From IMG/VR virus record IMGVR_UViG_3300045285_000127, positions 1 through 34,693 of that record: a DNA stretch of 34,693 nucleotides; one strand, 5' to 3'. A program made the translations under genes and the position numbers. Under the pieces are notes generated by a model. That model had not been told where the DNA came from, made no database searches, and saw only the letters and a list, made by a program, of their open reading frames with translations. This document shows positions 8,423-17,704 of this stretch, piece by piece; the first letter of the stretch is position 1; every line of letters begins with the position of its first letter. Source of the DNA: a virus. Lineage: Duplodnaviria > Caudoviricetes.

Positions 8423-8635
8423 ATGGCCAAGCTTACTGCTGATAAACGTAAGAAGATTCCAAAGTCTGAGTTTGGATTGCCTGGTGAAAGAAAATATCCG
8501 ATGGAAAATAAAGCCCATGCTGCCAACGCTAAAGCCCGTGCTACTCAGATGGTTGCTAAGGGTAAGCTATCAGCATCAAGCAAAGAAAAGATTGATGCAA
8601 AAGCTAATAAGATACTTGGTAAGTCAAAGAAATAG
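8423..8635 (+). CDS. Small basic phage protein (DUF6582-like)
   Basis: MAKLTADKRKKIPKSEFGLPGERKYPM...HA.NA.AR; start at 8423 rather than 8258. Confidence 0.7.
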   Translation: MAKLTADKRKKIPKSEFGLPGERKYPMENKAHAANAKARATQMVAKGKLSASSKEKIDAKANKILGKSKK

Positions 8636-8649
8636 GGAAATAAACTTAA

Positions 8650-9249
8650 GTGAAAGAAGATTTAAGTTTGCTGGAAAGACTTCATCATGGGTTATGTCAG
8701 GCTGTAGAACGAGATGGCGCAATTTGCTTTAGTAAAAGACATGGAACAGCTAGATATTGCGGTAAACATGCCAGCAGATATAGGAGACATAAGTCGTTTG
8801 ATTTGCCTTTTAAAAAGATTAAATATTGTAAATTTATAGATTGTAATAATGTTTATCGCACCAAAGGATATTGTAAATCTCATTATGAGATTCTTGTTAG
8901 CGCACCTAAGAATAAAAGAAAGAAATGCAGTATTGATGAGTGCATGAAAAAAAGAGGTAGTTGTTCAAAGTTTTGCCCTATGCATAACAGTAGAATATCA
9001 AGATATGGAACAATGGAAGGAAACGGAAAGAAAAGAGGACATGCCACACAATTTAAAGTCGGGAACATTTCTCGTAAAAAAGAACCAAGGAGATGCATTG
9101 CTGCCTCTTGTGATAAAGATTCTAAGACAAGCAAAATAACAAAAGGATTATGCTCTAAACACTATCAAAGATGGGCTACTCATGGTGATTATAATATGAG
9201 TTTATACAAGGAACGAGTACATGGCGGTAATTCAGAACAAATGGGTTGA
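8650..9249 (+). CDS. Cys/His repeat zinc-binding protein
   Basis: Four C-x4/5-C...C-x2-H units of the kind found N-terminal to HNH nucleases; no HNH core visible. Confidence 0.6.
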   Translation: MKEDLSLLERLHHGLCQAVERDGAICFSKRHGTARYCGKHASRYRRHKSFDLPFKKIKYCKFIDCNNVYRTKGYCKSHYEILVSAPKNKRKKCSIDECMKKRGSCSKFCPMHNSRISRYGTMEGNGKKRGHATQFKVGNISRKKEPRRCIAASCDKDSKTSKITKGLCSKHYQRWATHGDYNMSLYKERVHGGNSEQMG

Positions 9250-9406
9250 GAAAGAAAAGAAAAAGAGGGCACATGAAACGGCAGCTGCTTATGACTCTAA
9301 TCCCATTGACAACTGGCTGCCTATTAATCCAGGAAAGGCTGTCAAGCGCCATACAAACGCATCTCGCTCCACAATGGTTAGAACCCTAAGAGGGGTAAGA
9401 AAATAA
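9221..9406 (+). CDS. Small basic hypothetical protein
   Basis: SD AAGGA; stop overlaps the next start (TAATG). Confidence 0.55.
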   Translation: MAVIQNKWVEKEKKKRAHETAAAYDSNPIDNWLPINPGKAVKRHTNASRSTMVRTLRGVRK

Positions 9407-9600
9407 TGCAATGCAAGTCTTGTGGATATCCAGAGTCGCGTATTGTTGAGACAAGCCATGATGAGCGCTCAAACCAAATATACAGGCGACGCGAGTGCGT
9501 TAAGTGCGGCGTGCGCTATACCACCCAGGAACACTTTAGAGACAACTATAAAAATAGGCCCTATAGAACCTCACCACCTAAGCAGGTGCTCGAAAAATGA
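9406..9600 (+). CDS. NrdR-like zinc-ribbon protein
   Basis: MQCKSCG...SRIVET...RRRECVKCGVRYTTQE; no ATP-cone. Confidence 0.75.
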   Translation: MQCKSCGYPESRIVETSHDERSNQIYRRRECVKCGVRYTTQEHFRDNYKNRPYRTSPPKQVLEK

Positions 9601-11153
9601 TGAGCGCATCAGCTATTGCAAGACGTATAGAAGATATCGAAGAGCAACGCAAAAAAGGTTATGAGCGTCAAATAACAATTAACGGCACAGGAATGGTTAT
9701 TCATGAAAAATCCCAAGACAAAGTTTATGTCCCCACTGCAACTGGCAATCTTTTTCATCTCGATGACAGCTTTGTTCGGGTCATTATGGGTCCTTATGGA
9801 AGCGGAAAGTCTACATTGGCAATCTCAGAGATTGTTCAGCGTGCTTGTGGCCTACCACGATGGCATAACGGCAGACGAAGAAGTCGATGGGGAATAGTAA
9901 GAAATACCAGTGGCGAGCTTTCATCGACAACTCTAGCAACCTGGCTTGCATGGTTTGGTGAGCTTGGCGATATACGTAAACGCCAAAAGCCCATAATGAC
10001 CTATGAGCATGCGTTTAACGATGGGCATGGGATTGTAGAACTTGAGCTTTTGTTTATCGCTCTGGATAGGCCTGAGGACGTTAGAAAGATTAAATCTTTG
10101 GAACTCACAGGATGTTACATCAATGAACTCTCAGAGGTTCCTAAAGCGGCGTTAGCGCACATGAAAGGGCGAGTTAATCGGTATCCATCAAAAGCTTTCT
10201 GTCATGAGCCATATTGGTCAGGAATTATAGCAGATACTAACCCTCCTGAGGATGACCACTGGATATATAAAGACTTTGAAGAGAACAAGTTTGACCATCA
10301 CATATTATTCAAGCAACCACCTGGCCTTTTAAAGAATGAAGATGATAAGTGGGTTCGAAATCCTAATGCAGATAATGCTTCTCACCTGCCTGACAATTAC
10401 TACGAGATGCTCGCAGAAGGACAATCTCAAGAGTTTATTAAGGTATTTTGTCTTGGCGAGTATGGTTCTGTTGGGTTTGGCAAGCGGGTGTATCCTGAGT
10501 TTAATCCTGATTTTCATGCAGTTGAAACACTACCTGCTATCCAAGGTGAGCAGCTCATTCTTGGCTGGGACTTTGGGCTTACTCCTGCTTGCGTGGTTAT
10601 ACAACTATCTGCCCGTGGGCAACTTTTGATTTTAAAGGAATATGTAGGCGATGGCATGGGCATAAGAACCTTTGCTGATAACATTGTCATTCCATCGATT
10701 GCTAAGGACTTTCCGTACTGCAAGGTTGGTATGTCTATTGGGGACCCAGCCGGCAATGCTAGGAATGAAATAGTAGAGGAGATGTCTTGCATAGGTGAGC
10801 TTAACTCATTAAATGTGCCAACGATAGGGGCGCGCACTAATGACATTGACCCAAGATTAGGGTCAGTGCGCTACTTCTTAAATAAAATGGTAGATGGTAA
10901 GCCAGGATTAGTGCTTGACAGACGTAATTGCCCAACATTGTTTAAGGGATTTGTGAAGGACTATGTGTATGCACGCATAGCTGTATCGGGTGAGGAGCGT
11001 TACAAGGATAAGCCAAATAAGAATATGGCATCCCACCCTATGGATGCTCTTGGTTATGGGTGCTTAGAGTTGGCTAGCGACAGAATTACTCAAGATAAGA
11101 TGGCAGATAAAGCGGTTGTCAATATGTTTAATCCAGTTTTTAGGTGGCAATAA
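9597..11153 (+). CDS. terL: Terminase large subunit
   Basis: GPYGSGKS, YINE, DTNPP, GWDFG, HPMDALGY. Confidence 0.93.
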   Translation: MMSASAIARRIEDIEEQRKKGYERQITINGTGMVIHEKSQDKVYVPTATGNLFHLDDSFVRVIMGPYGSGKSTLAISEIVQRACGLPRWHNGRRRSRWGIVRNTSGELSSTTLATWLAWFGELGDIRKRQKPIMTYEHAFNDGHGIVELELLFIALDRPEDVRKIKSLELTGCYINELSEVPKAALAHMKGRVNRYPSKAFCHEPYWSGIIADTNPPEDDHWIYKDFEENKFDHHILFKQPPGLLKNEDDKWVRNPNADNASHLPDNYYEMLAEGQSQEFIKVFCLGEYGSVGFGKRVYPEFNPDFHAVETLPAIQGEQLILGWDFGLTPACVVIQLSARGQLLILKEYVGDGMGIRTFADNIVIPSIAKDFPYCKVGMSIGDPAGNARNEIVEEMSCIGELNSLNVPTIGARTNDIDPRLGSVRYFLNKMVDGKPGLVLDRRNCPTLFKGFVKDYVYARIAVSGEERYKDKPNKNMASHPMDALGYGCLELASDRITQDKMADKAVVNMFNPVFRWQ

Positions 11154-11350
11154 TGACACATACTGAAAGTCTGTTATCGCAATATAAAGTCATACTTGAA
11201 TCCAGATTAACTCGAGTTGAAACTCAGCATCACAACATGGCTGATGACATTAAAGACATTAAGAAGACATTGCACTGGCTAACAGGAATTGTTTTTAGTA
11301 TTAACACAGCGGTATTAGGCGTCGTTACAAAGGGTTTTGGGATATTTTAA
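11153..11350 (+). CDS. XhlA-like coiled-coil + TM protein (holin candidate)
   Basis: ESRLTRVE...IKDIKK, hydrophobic C-terminus ending GFGIF; TAATG overlap with terL. Confidence 0.6.
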   Translation: MTHTESLLSQYKVILESRLTRVETQHHNMADDIKDIKKTLHWLTGIVFSINTAVLGVVTKGFGIF

Positions 11351-11361
11351 GGACAAATGAG

Positions 11362-11526
11362 ATGTATGTAAGGTGTAACTATTGCGGTCGTATTTACAAT
11401 AAGGCCAAAGAGCAAAAGAGATGCAAAGATTGCGAGATGCAGTTTAAAACTATATTCGAGTCTATGCATAAGCGTAATATTATGAAATCAAATGGAGAGG
11501 TGAAATGTCAATTCAATCAGCAATAA
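11362..11526 (+). CDS. Small zinc-finger protein (54 aa)
   Basis: Own translation MYVRCNYCGRIYNKAKEQKRCKDCE...; SD TAAGGA. Confidence 0.5.
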   Translation: MYVRCNYCGRIYNKAKEQKRCKDCEMQFKTIFESMHKRNIMKSNGEVKCQFNQQ

Positions 11527-11765
11527 ATTTAACGCTTAACTTTGCAGGTGAGGCAAATAACATTGTTCCACGCATGGGGAGATTGTATTGTCCATCAAAT
11601 ACACTTTCGCAAGTAGCGGCAGCTGGATTTCTGGACAACTATCTTCATACATCAAGTACTAGTCTTTTGGCTACTGACTTTGTGATGGCCGTGGCTTCAG
11701 ATGGGCATCAGATTTATAAGCCTGTGTTTACTAGTGGGTCTTGTCAATTAACTGTTCTTCCATAA
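11505..11765 (+). CDS. Hypothetical protein, possibly virion-associated
   Basis: SD GGAGAGG; located in the head region. Confidence 0.6.
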   Translation: MSIQSAINLTLNFAGEANNIVPRMGRLYCPSNTLSQVAAAGFLDNYLHTSSTSLLATDFVMAVASDGHQIYKPVFTSGSCQLTVLP

Positions 11766-11766
11766 C

Positions 11767-11943
11767 ATGGATGAAAAAGAAGGGTTGCCTTATAAAGAGT
11801 ATCATCGGATCGATCTCTTATGTGGCTTCGTACATAGGCCTCCAGTATTTCCTTGTAAGATATGTAATAAAACAAATTGCCAAGGGGTTAAAAAAGACTG
11901 TAAAGGCTATGGTTCCTATGTATTGGGAATTAAAGCGATTTAA
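11767..11943 (+). CDS. 58-aa peptide carrying the coat motif RIDLLCGF plus a Cys cluster
   Basis: Own translation MDEKEGLPYKEYHRIDLLCGFVHRPPVFPCKICNKTNCQGVKKDCKGYGSYVLGIKAI; starts 1 nt after the previous stop. Confidence 0.55.
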   Translation: MDEKEGLPYKEYHRIDLLCGFVHRPPVFPCKICNKTNCQGVKKDCKGYGSYVLGIKAI

Positions 11944-11965
11944 CTAAACTTAAGGAGAAGTAAAG

Positions 11966-12211
11966 ATGTTATTTAGTGAAGCGTTACAACTGTTGCAACA
12001 AGGCGAAACCATGTGTCGAGATGCGTGGTGCTTGGAAGATGGCTATTTGAAGTTTATGCCTGGCATGAAGTTCGTATGGAAGATTGTATTGTTACCTAAC
12101 CCTAATGCAGGTAACTACATATTCTCTGTAGAAGATTTCTTAAGCGATGACTGGAAGAAGTTTGATATGCCAATGGCAACAATTGAAGCACAAATAGCAG
12201 AAGCTGCTTAA
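11966..12211 (+). CDS. DUF2829 / Tad2-like anti-defence sponge protein
   Basis: MLFSEALQLLQQG...R..W...Y...SVEDFLSDDW signature. Confidence 0.75.
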   Translation: MLFSEALQLLQQGETMCRDAWCLEDGYLKFMPGMKFVWKIVLLPNPNAGNYIFSVEDFLSDDWKKFDMPMATIEAQIAEAA

Positions 12212-12289
12212 TAATCCCTTTAGATAGGGAGTCAAAACTCGACTTTGACATATAAATGTTGAGGTCGTACCCAAAGGATGGGGTAAGAC

Positions 12290-14497
12290 ATGGAAATCAT
12301 TGCTGAGCAAATGTCCATTGATGAGATTGATGATATCAATGAAGAGCTTCAAGGCAAGCTTGAGGATGCAGGGATAGATGAGGCTGAAGTTCTTAAAAAA
12401 GCACGTGAAGATATGGTGCTTTTTGATGGGTATTTCGGTGAAAACATGGTACGTGGCAAAGACGATATGAACTTTGTATTGCGTGACCAATGGTCAGCAG
12501 TTGAGCGCTCAGAATTTACACGTCTGTTTAAGCCTGCCATGACTTTCAATAAGCTTTATGACCCTGTTAAAAAAGTTCTTGGTGAGCAGCGTAAGAATAA
12601 GCCTGATTTGATGGTGCGTTCTTTAACTGGCAAGTCCAATCAAAAGCAGATTGATTTGCGAGCAGATTTAGTGCGAACCATATCCTATCAATCACAAAAT
12701 GATTTGGTATATCAGACTGCATTTAGACAATCGCTTATGATGGGATTTGGTGCATTTGAGATTTGCCTTGATTATGAGGGTCCTAAATCATTTAAACAGA
12801 TAATTAAGTATGAACTAATACCAGAGGTTACCAGAACATCGTTTGATCCAACGGCTATGAAGCCGCATAAAGGTGATGGTAATTTCTGTGCCAGGCAATT
12901 TGTTTATACGAAAGAAGAATTCTATGCAACCTTTCCTTGGATAATGAATCCAGTATCTTATTCCGATCCGCGCTCATTATTGGATTTTCAATGGGAAACG
13001 CGTGATACCATAGTTGTAGCAAAATACAACAGGAAAGAATGGTATCCATTAAAAGTGCTTCTTTTAACTGATGGATCCACAGTTACAGAAGATGAATGGC
13101 TAGATATGCAAAAAGACATTGAAATGCAACGTACATTAGCGGATGCATCTCAAGTCGTTGGAGATATGATAAGGAAATCTATACCTGAGATTCACGGCGA
13201 GAGGATGAGCAAGGATTATAAGATTCGTCAATACATGCTCACTCAAAATCAAATCATTAAGTTCACTGACTGGCCATCAAAGTATTTACCCATGATATTT
13301 GTGGATGGTGATTCTAATTTTATAAACGGCCAACAATATACTCGATCATTTATTCATGAAGCTAAAGATGCTCAGAAGTTTGTCAACTACGTGGGAAGTG
13401 AAGTAGCAGCAGAGATTAAGAATCGTCGACGTGAACAATGGCTTGGAACTCCTGATAATATCCTTGGCAATGAGCAAATGTGGCGAAATCCTGAGCTACA
13501 AGCTGGCATATTAATAGCAAAACCCGATCCAAAGACTGGAGCTATGCCAAGCAAATTGCCTCCTTGGGAGCTATCACAAACGCTACTCCAACAATATCAA
13601 CGAGGTTGTCAGGATATGCGAGAGATTCTTGGATTCTCAGAAAATGAGGCGCTCCAAGGCCATGACATGTCTGGTAAGGCTAGGCGTGAACGCAAACTTG
13701 AAGGGGCAATGTCAGCTTATGTCTACCGTGACAATTTAAACCAGGCAATAGAGCAGGGCGGAAGAGTAGTACTTGACTTATTGCCATTTATCATCGGAGA
13801 AGAAGAACGTCACATGGTTGTATCAAAGGCTGATGGTCGTACTGATTCTATAACGCTGAACAAGATTACAGGACAATCTGAGAATGGGGAGCCCATTCGA
13901 GAGAATGCTCTTGATGGTGGGGATTATGATGTTGAGATTGATACAGGACCTAGTTTTGCTGTACAAAAGGACATGGCATTGGAATTCATGCAACAAACCT
14001 TACAAGCTAATCCTCAGGTATTCCCCCTTATCGCAGACCTTTGGGCTAAGAATCTTGACGTCCAGTTCATGCCCCAAATTGCTGAGCGCTTTAAATCGAT
14101 GGTGCCTCCTGAAATTCTTGCCAAAGAAGAAGGAAGGGAGCCACCTCCTAAGCAGCCTAATCCTCAGGAGATGATGGCCCAACAACAAATGCAAGCTCAA
14201 CAACAACAGATGATGATGAATGAACAGAAGATGCATCTTGAAGAGCAGGCATTGATGGAACGAGCAGAAGAGCTGAAGATTAGGAAAGAAAAACATCTTC
14301 TTGAACAAGCTGAGATGATTCTCAAAGCTCAAGAGATGAAATCTAAAATGGGTCTTGAGCAACAGAAGATTAAGATAGACCACGGTAAACTTTTGCTGGA
14401 TGCAGATAAGACTGAGAAAGACTTTTCATCCAAACTTGCGGCTCTATTGAGTGATATGCATAAGCATGATAACCCTCATGTGCGTGATGACAGATAA
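12290..14497 (+). CDS. P22-like portal protein
   Basis: 735 aa; F..G/DQW, TFNKL, KDAQKFVN, SGKA, GDYDVEIDTGPSF; Q-rich C-terminal coiled coil. Confidence 0.92.
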   Translation: MEIIAEQMSIDEIDDINEELQGKLEDAGIDEAEVLKKAREDMVLFDGYFGENMVRGKDDMNFVLRDQWSAVERSEFTRLFKPAMTFNKLYDPVKKVLGEQRKNKPDLMVRSLTGKSNQKQIDLRADLVRTISYQSQNDLVYQTAFRQSLMMGFGAFEICLDYEGPKSFKQIIKYELIPEVTRTSFDPTAMKPHKGDGNFCARQFVYTKEEFYATFPWIMNPVSYSDPRSLLDFQWETRDTIVVAKYNRKEWYPLKVLLLTDGSTVTEDEWLDMQKDIEMQRTLADASQVVGDMIRKSIPEIHGERMSKDYKIRQYMLTQNQIIKFTDWPSKYLPMIFVDGDSNFINGQQYTRSFIHEAKDAQKFVNYVGSEVAAEIKNRRREQWLGTPDNILGNEQMWRNPELQAGILIAKPDPKTGAMPSKLPPWELSQTLLQQYQRGCQDMREILGFSENEALQGHDMSGKARRERKLEGAMSAYVYRDNLNQAIEQGGRVVLDLLPFIIGEEERHMVVSKADGRTDSITLNKITGQSENGEPIRENALDGGDYDVEIDTGPSFAVQKDMALEFMQQTLQANPQVFPLIADLWAKNLDVQFMPQIAERFKSMVPPEILAKEEGREPPPKQPNPQEMMAQQQMQAQQQQMMMNEQKMHLEEQALMERAEELKIRKEKHLLEQAEMILKAQEMKSKMGLEQQKIKIDHGKLLLDADKTEKDFSSKLAALLSDMHKHDNPHVRDDR

Positions 14498-14764
14498 TTA
14501 TTCGTAAATGTCTTTTCTGTGGCCAATTTCAAGCACTAAAATGATTATTTCTTCGTCATGAATTTTGCAAATAACTCTATAGTCTCCAATTCTATATCTC
14601 CATAATCCAGCCTTGTTAAGTGACAAGGCTTTTCCTAGATTCCTTGGATTTGAATTGGTCCTTACTTTTGAGTCCATGTAGGCAATTATTTTTTTAGAAA
14701 CAGATATGTTTAATTTTTTTAACTGCTTTAGTGATATTTCACTAAAATTAATCGTCCAGACCAA
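14498..14764 (-). CDS. relE: RelE/StbE-family toxin
   Basis: NPRNLGKAL...GLWRYRIGDYRVIC...IGHRKDIY. Confidence 0.92.
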   Translation of the reverse strand: MVWTINFSEISLKQLKKLNISVSKKIIAYMDSKVRTNSNPRNLGKALSLNKAGLWRYRIGDYRVICKIHDEEIIILVLEIGHRKDIYE

Positions 14765-14963
14765 GTTCTTTCCTCACTTCTTCATAAGAATAAATTCGGC
14801 CTGGATTTTTTAGAACTTCCATGCCTTTATAATAATCTTGCATATCTTCAAGGTAGGTCTCAATAGCTTCCCGTGCAATAAAACTTTTAGAGCGTTTCAT
14901 TTTTTTCGCCACTGATTCTAATAAAGATTCAAGATCGTCAGATAACCTAATTGCAATACTCAT
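14748..14963 (-). CDS. Ribbon-helix-helix antitoxin (RelB/DUF6290-like)
   Basis: SIAIRL...RSKSFIAREAI..YLED..D; overlaps the toxin start. Confidence 0.88.
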   Translation of the reverse strand: MSIAIRLSDDLESLLESVAKKMKRSKSFIAREAIETYLEDMQDYYKGMEVLKNPGRIYSYEEVRKELGLDD

Positions 14964-14991
14964 GATTGTCCCCTCTATGCTTCTTTATCTA

Positions 14992-15020
14992 ATTATACAT
15001 GTTTATACACATTTATACAA
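14992..15020 (-). promoter_or_regulatory. TA operon promoter with operator repeats
   Basis: - strand TTGTAT, 17 bp, TATAAT; TTATACA at 14993, 15003 and 15013. Confidence 0.7.
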
Positions 15021-15056
15021 TAAAAGATACCTTCGCTAAATACTTTTGTAAAACAC

Positions 15057-15127
15057 CCCCACCTGTGGGGTAATTTCCGTTCAATTTATTCTTTATAATT
15101 GCATTCTACAAGGGAAGGATTCCCTTG
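15057..15127 (+). promoter_or_regulatory. Putative late promoter for the scaffold/coat operon
   Basis: TATAAT at 15094-15099 with no clear -35; palindrome CCCCAC-CT-GTGGGG at 15057-15070; GGA-loop hairpin at 15109-15127. Confidence 0.5.
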
Positions 15128-15187
15128 GGGTTTCAGGCCTACCGTATGGTCTTGGGCATGTATATGTCGAATGGAGAATTGTAATTC

Positions 15188-16006
15188 ATGGACGAAGATC
15201 AGAATGAGCTCGCTGAACAAGTAAGCGGAGATGATGAAGATGTTGTTAATGGTGGCGTTGGCCCTGGAGATGCGGAAGAACAAGGTAGTTCGACCGATGA
15301 CCAAGGAACTGCTGACACGGACGATCCTTACGGCGTAAAGAAGCGGTTAGGAATGCAGGCCAAGAAACACGCCAGAGAAATGCGACAAATGCAAGAGCAA
15401 ATGGTTCGTATGCAGTCTCTTATCGGTGGTGATAGTGCCGACCCACATGCATCTTTATATAACTCCAATCCTTATCCATCTCCTGGACAGCCTAACCCGC
15501 CAGCCATGAGTGAAGAGGAAAAAATACAAAAGGCCGTACGCTACGCTCTTGGTGCTAAAGAATACGAAGAACGCCTAGCTAAAGATGCAGAACGTCAAGC
15601 TCATGTTCATAAGCAGTATCAGCGCTTGAATGATGAATTTGATAGAGCATCTGATAAGTACGAGGATTTTGATGACGTAGTAAGAGCTGATGATATCCCG
15701 TTTACTCCACACGTGCGGGACGCACTTTTACTTGTTGAAAATCCAGCCGAAGTAGCTTACCGACTTGGCAAGAACAAATCTGAACTTTCACGAATTTCAC
15801 AACTCCACCCACTAGATCAGGCACGTGAAGTGAACAAGCTGTCTTTTTCTTTGATGGGCGGCCAAAACGGGAAACCGCAAGCCCCATCCAAAGCTAACCC
15901 TTTGGGAACCGTCAGAGCAAACCCAGCCCATTCCTCAAGTTCCGTTACGGATAAGACTCCGCCATCTGTTATCAGAGCGCGGATGAAGGCAGGCACATGG
16001 AAGTGA
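15188..16006 (+). CDS. Capsid scaffolding protein
   Basis: Acidic N-terminus, coiled coil, YEDFDDVV...PAEVAYRLGKN; directly before the coat gene. Confidence 0.82.
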   Translation: MDEDQNELAEQVSGDDEDVVNGGVGPGDAEEQGSSTDDQGTADTDDPYGVKKRLGMQAKKHAREMRQMQEQMVRMQSLIGGDSADPHASLYNSNPYPSPGQPNPPAMSEEEKIQKAVRYALGAKEYEERLAKDAERQAHVHKQYQRLNDEFDRASDKYEDFDDVVRADDIPFTPHVRDALLLVENPAEVAYRLGKNKSELSRISQLHPLDQAREVNKLSFSLMGGQNGKPQAPSKANPLGTVRANPAHSSSSVTDKTPPSVIRARMKAGTWK

Positions 16007-16085
16007 TTGGACGGTTTTAAGGATAAAACCATCTAAAACCTAGGTCACTTGCATTGCCATTAAAGGATTAATGGAGACCTAGCTC

Positions 16086-17297
16086 ATGGCTAACCAATTT
16101 ATTACAACTGACCTAGTCAGTAATACCGCTTTGGCAATGTTTGCCAACAATGCACCATTCGTTATGACAGCTTCTCGTATATACCAAGATGATTTCGTAT
16201 CCTCTGGATATAAGATTGGCGACACATTACAAGTACGTAGACAAAACCATTTCATCGTAGGAGACGGTTCCGTTGCAACACCACAATCAATCATTGAAAC
16301 GGTTGAAAGTATTGTTGTAGCCCACCAATACCATGCCTTGATTGCATACACCATTCAAGATTTATCCCTAAGAATCGAAGACTTCTCACGTCTATTTATT
16401 GCTCCTGCAATCCAGGAAGTAATAACTCAGATGGAAAAAGACATAGCATCTTCTGCTGAGCAAGAGCTGAACTTCTTCACAGGTACTGCTGGCGTTGCAA
16501 TCAACTCCTTCACAACCGTTGATACAGCAGGCGCTAAATTGCTTGAGCAAGGCGTGAACATCGCATCTGATGCTTACATGGCAATGACAGTGCGTGATGG
16601 TTCATCCTTAAAAGGTGCACTGCTAAACAACTTCACGCCAGTATTTAATGAAGACATCGTTAGAAGTTCTGCCATTGGTCACTTGTCCTATTTTGATATT
16701 TTCCAATCTCAAAATATTAAACGCCATATAGCTGGAGCAGGCCCAAGACTTCATTCTTCAGATACATTACTTGTCAATGGAGCTGTGTCATCAGGTTCAA
16801 CCATTGTTATGGATGGCGCAACAGCTGGTGTGACTGATTACTTTGTAGTAGGCGATGTTATCTCTATTGCTGGTGTTCAGTCCGTTAACCCTGTTGGTCG
16901 AGCATCAACTGGTCAGGATATGCAGTGGGTTGTTACAGCCAATGCAAGTTCTGATGGTGGTGGTGCTATCACAGTACTTGTTAGTCCTAGCATTATATCC
17001 GATACGACTAACCCAAATCGCAATGTAAGCAATGCAGTACCAGATGATGCTGCCGTCACAATGGTTGGAAGCCATAACGTGAATGTTGCCTACCCGTCTC
17101 GAGGTTTGGATATCGTATGTCCTCCCCTTTACAAACTACAAGTGCCCTATGCATCAGTTGCAGTAGATCCTGAAACTGGCTTGTCTTTGGCTGTTACTCA
17201 AACTGGTGACATCTTAGGCTATCAAAACTACATGCGTATAGATTTACTGTGTGGATTTAAATGGCATCAACAATATGCTGTGCGTGTACTTTCTTAA
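16086..17297 (+). CDS. Major capsid protein, P22 coat family
   Basis: MAN...KIGDTLQVR, GDVISIAGV insertion domain, C-terminal RIDLLCG. Confidence 0.92.
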   Translation: MANQFITTDLVSNTALAMFANNAPFVMTASRIYQDDFVSSGYKIGDTLQVRRQNHFIVGDGSVATPQSIIETVESIVVAHQYHALIAYTIQDLSLRIEDFSRLFIAPAIQEVITQMEKDIASSAEQELNFFTGTAGVAINSFTTVDTAGAKLLEQGVNIASDAYMAMTVRDGSSLKGALLNNFTPVFNEDIVRSSAIGHLSYFDIFQSQNIKRHIAGAGPRLHSSDTLLVNGAVSSGSTIVMDGATAGVTDYFVVGDVISIAGVQSVNPVGRASTGQDMQWVVTANASSDGGGAITVLVSPSIISDTTNPNRNVSNAVPDDAAVTMVGSHNVNVAYPSRGLDIVCPPLYKLQVPYASVAVDPETGLSLAVTQTGDILGYQNYMRIDLLCGFKWHQQYAVRVLS

Positions 17298-17300
17298 GGG

Positions 17301-17504
17301 ATGCTTATGCTGACTTGTGTATATCACCCAATCGACGACTTTCGGGTCGTCGAAGACGATGAAGCCGAACGCTTAAGAGCAACTGGCGTTTGGTTTGATT
17401 GTCCTAAAAAAGCAAAACAATACCGATTGAAAGTTGAAGATGAGATTAAACAAGAATCTAAGGTTGAAGAACCACGATCCAAACAGAAGGGGAGAACCAA
17501 ATGA
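17301..17504 (+). CDS. Small head-region protein
   Basis: Follows the coat gene; GVWFDCP motif. Confidence 0.65.
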   Translation: MLMLTCVYHPIDDFRVVEDDEAERLRATGVWFDCPKKAKQYRLKVEDEIKQESKVEEPRSKQKGRTK

Positions 17505-17704
17505 AAGATAACAAGATGGTCCAATCAAACAATGCCTTTGTAAAGGCTGAACAAGCAAAAATGAAAACTCGTATGGGCAACCGTCCAGGAGCTCCAGCAG
17601 AAATGAAACATTTTGATGCCTTCATGAGTAATGACGGTGCAAACGCAAAAGAATCAGCTCGCAAATTATGTAAAGGGTTAGATGACGCCTTCCCATTGAA
17701 ATAG
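17501..17704 (+). CDS. Small hypothetical protein
   Basis: ATGA overlap with the previous gene; SD GGAG. Confidence 0.6.
   Translation: MKDNKMVQSNNAFVKAEQAKMKTRMGNRPGAPAEMKHFDAFMSNDGANAKESARKLCKGLDDAFPLK

Noticed and set aside
11741-11947. 68-aa ORF from the track
   Set aside because: TTG start inside the previous gene; the ATG frame 11767-11943 fits the spacing better.
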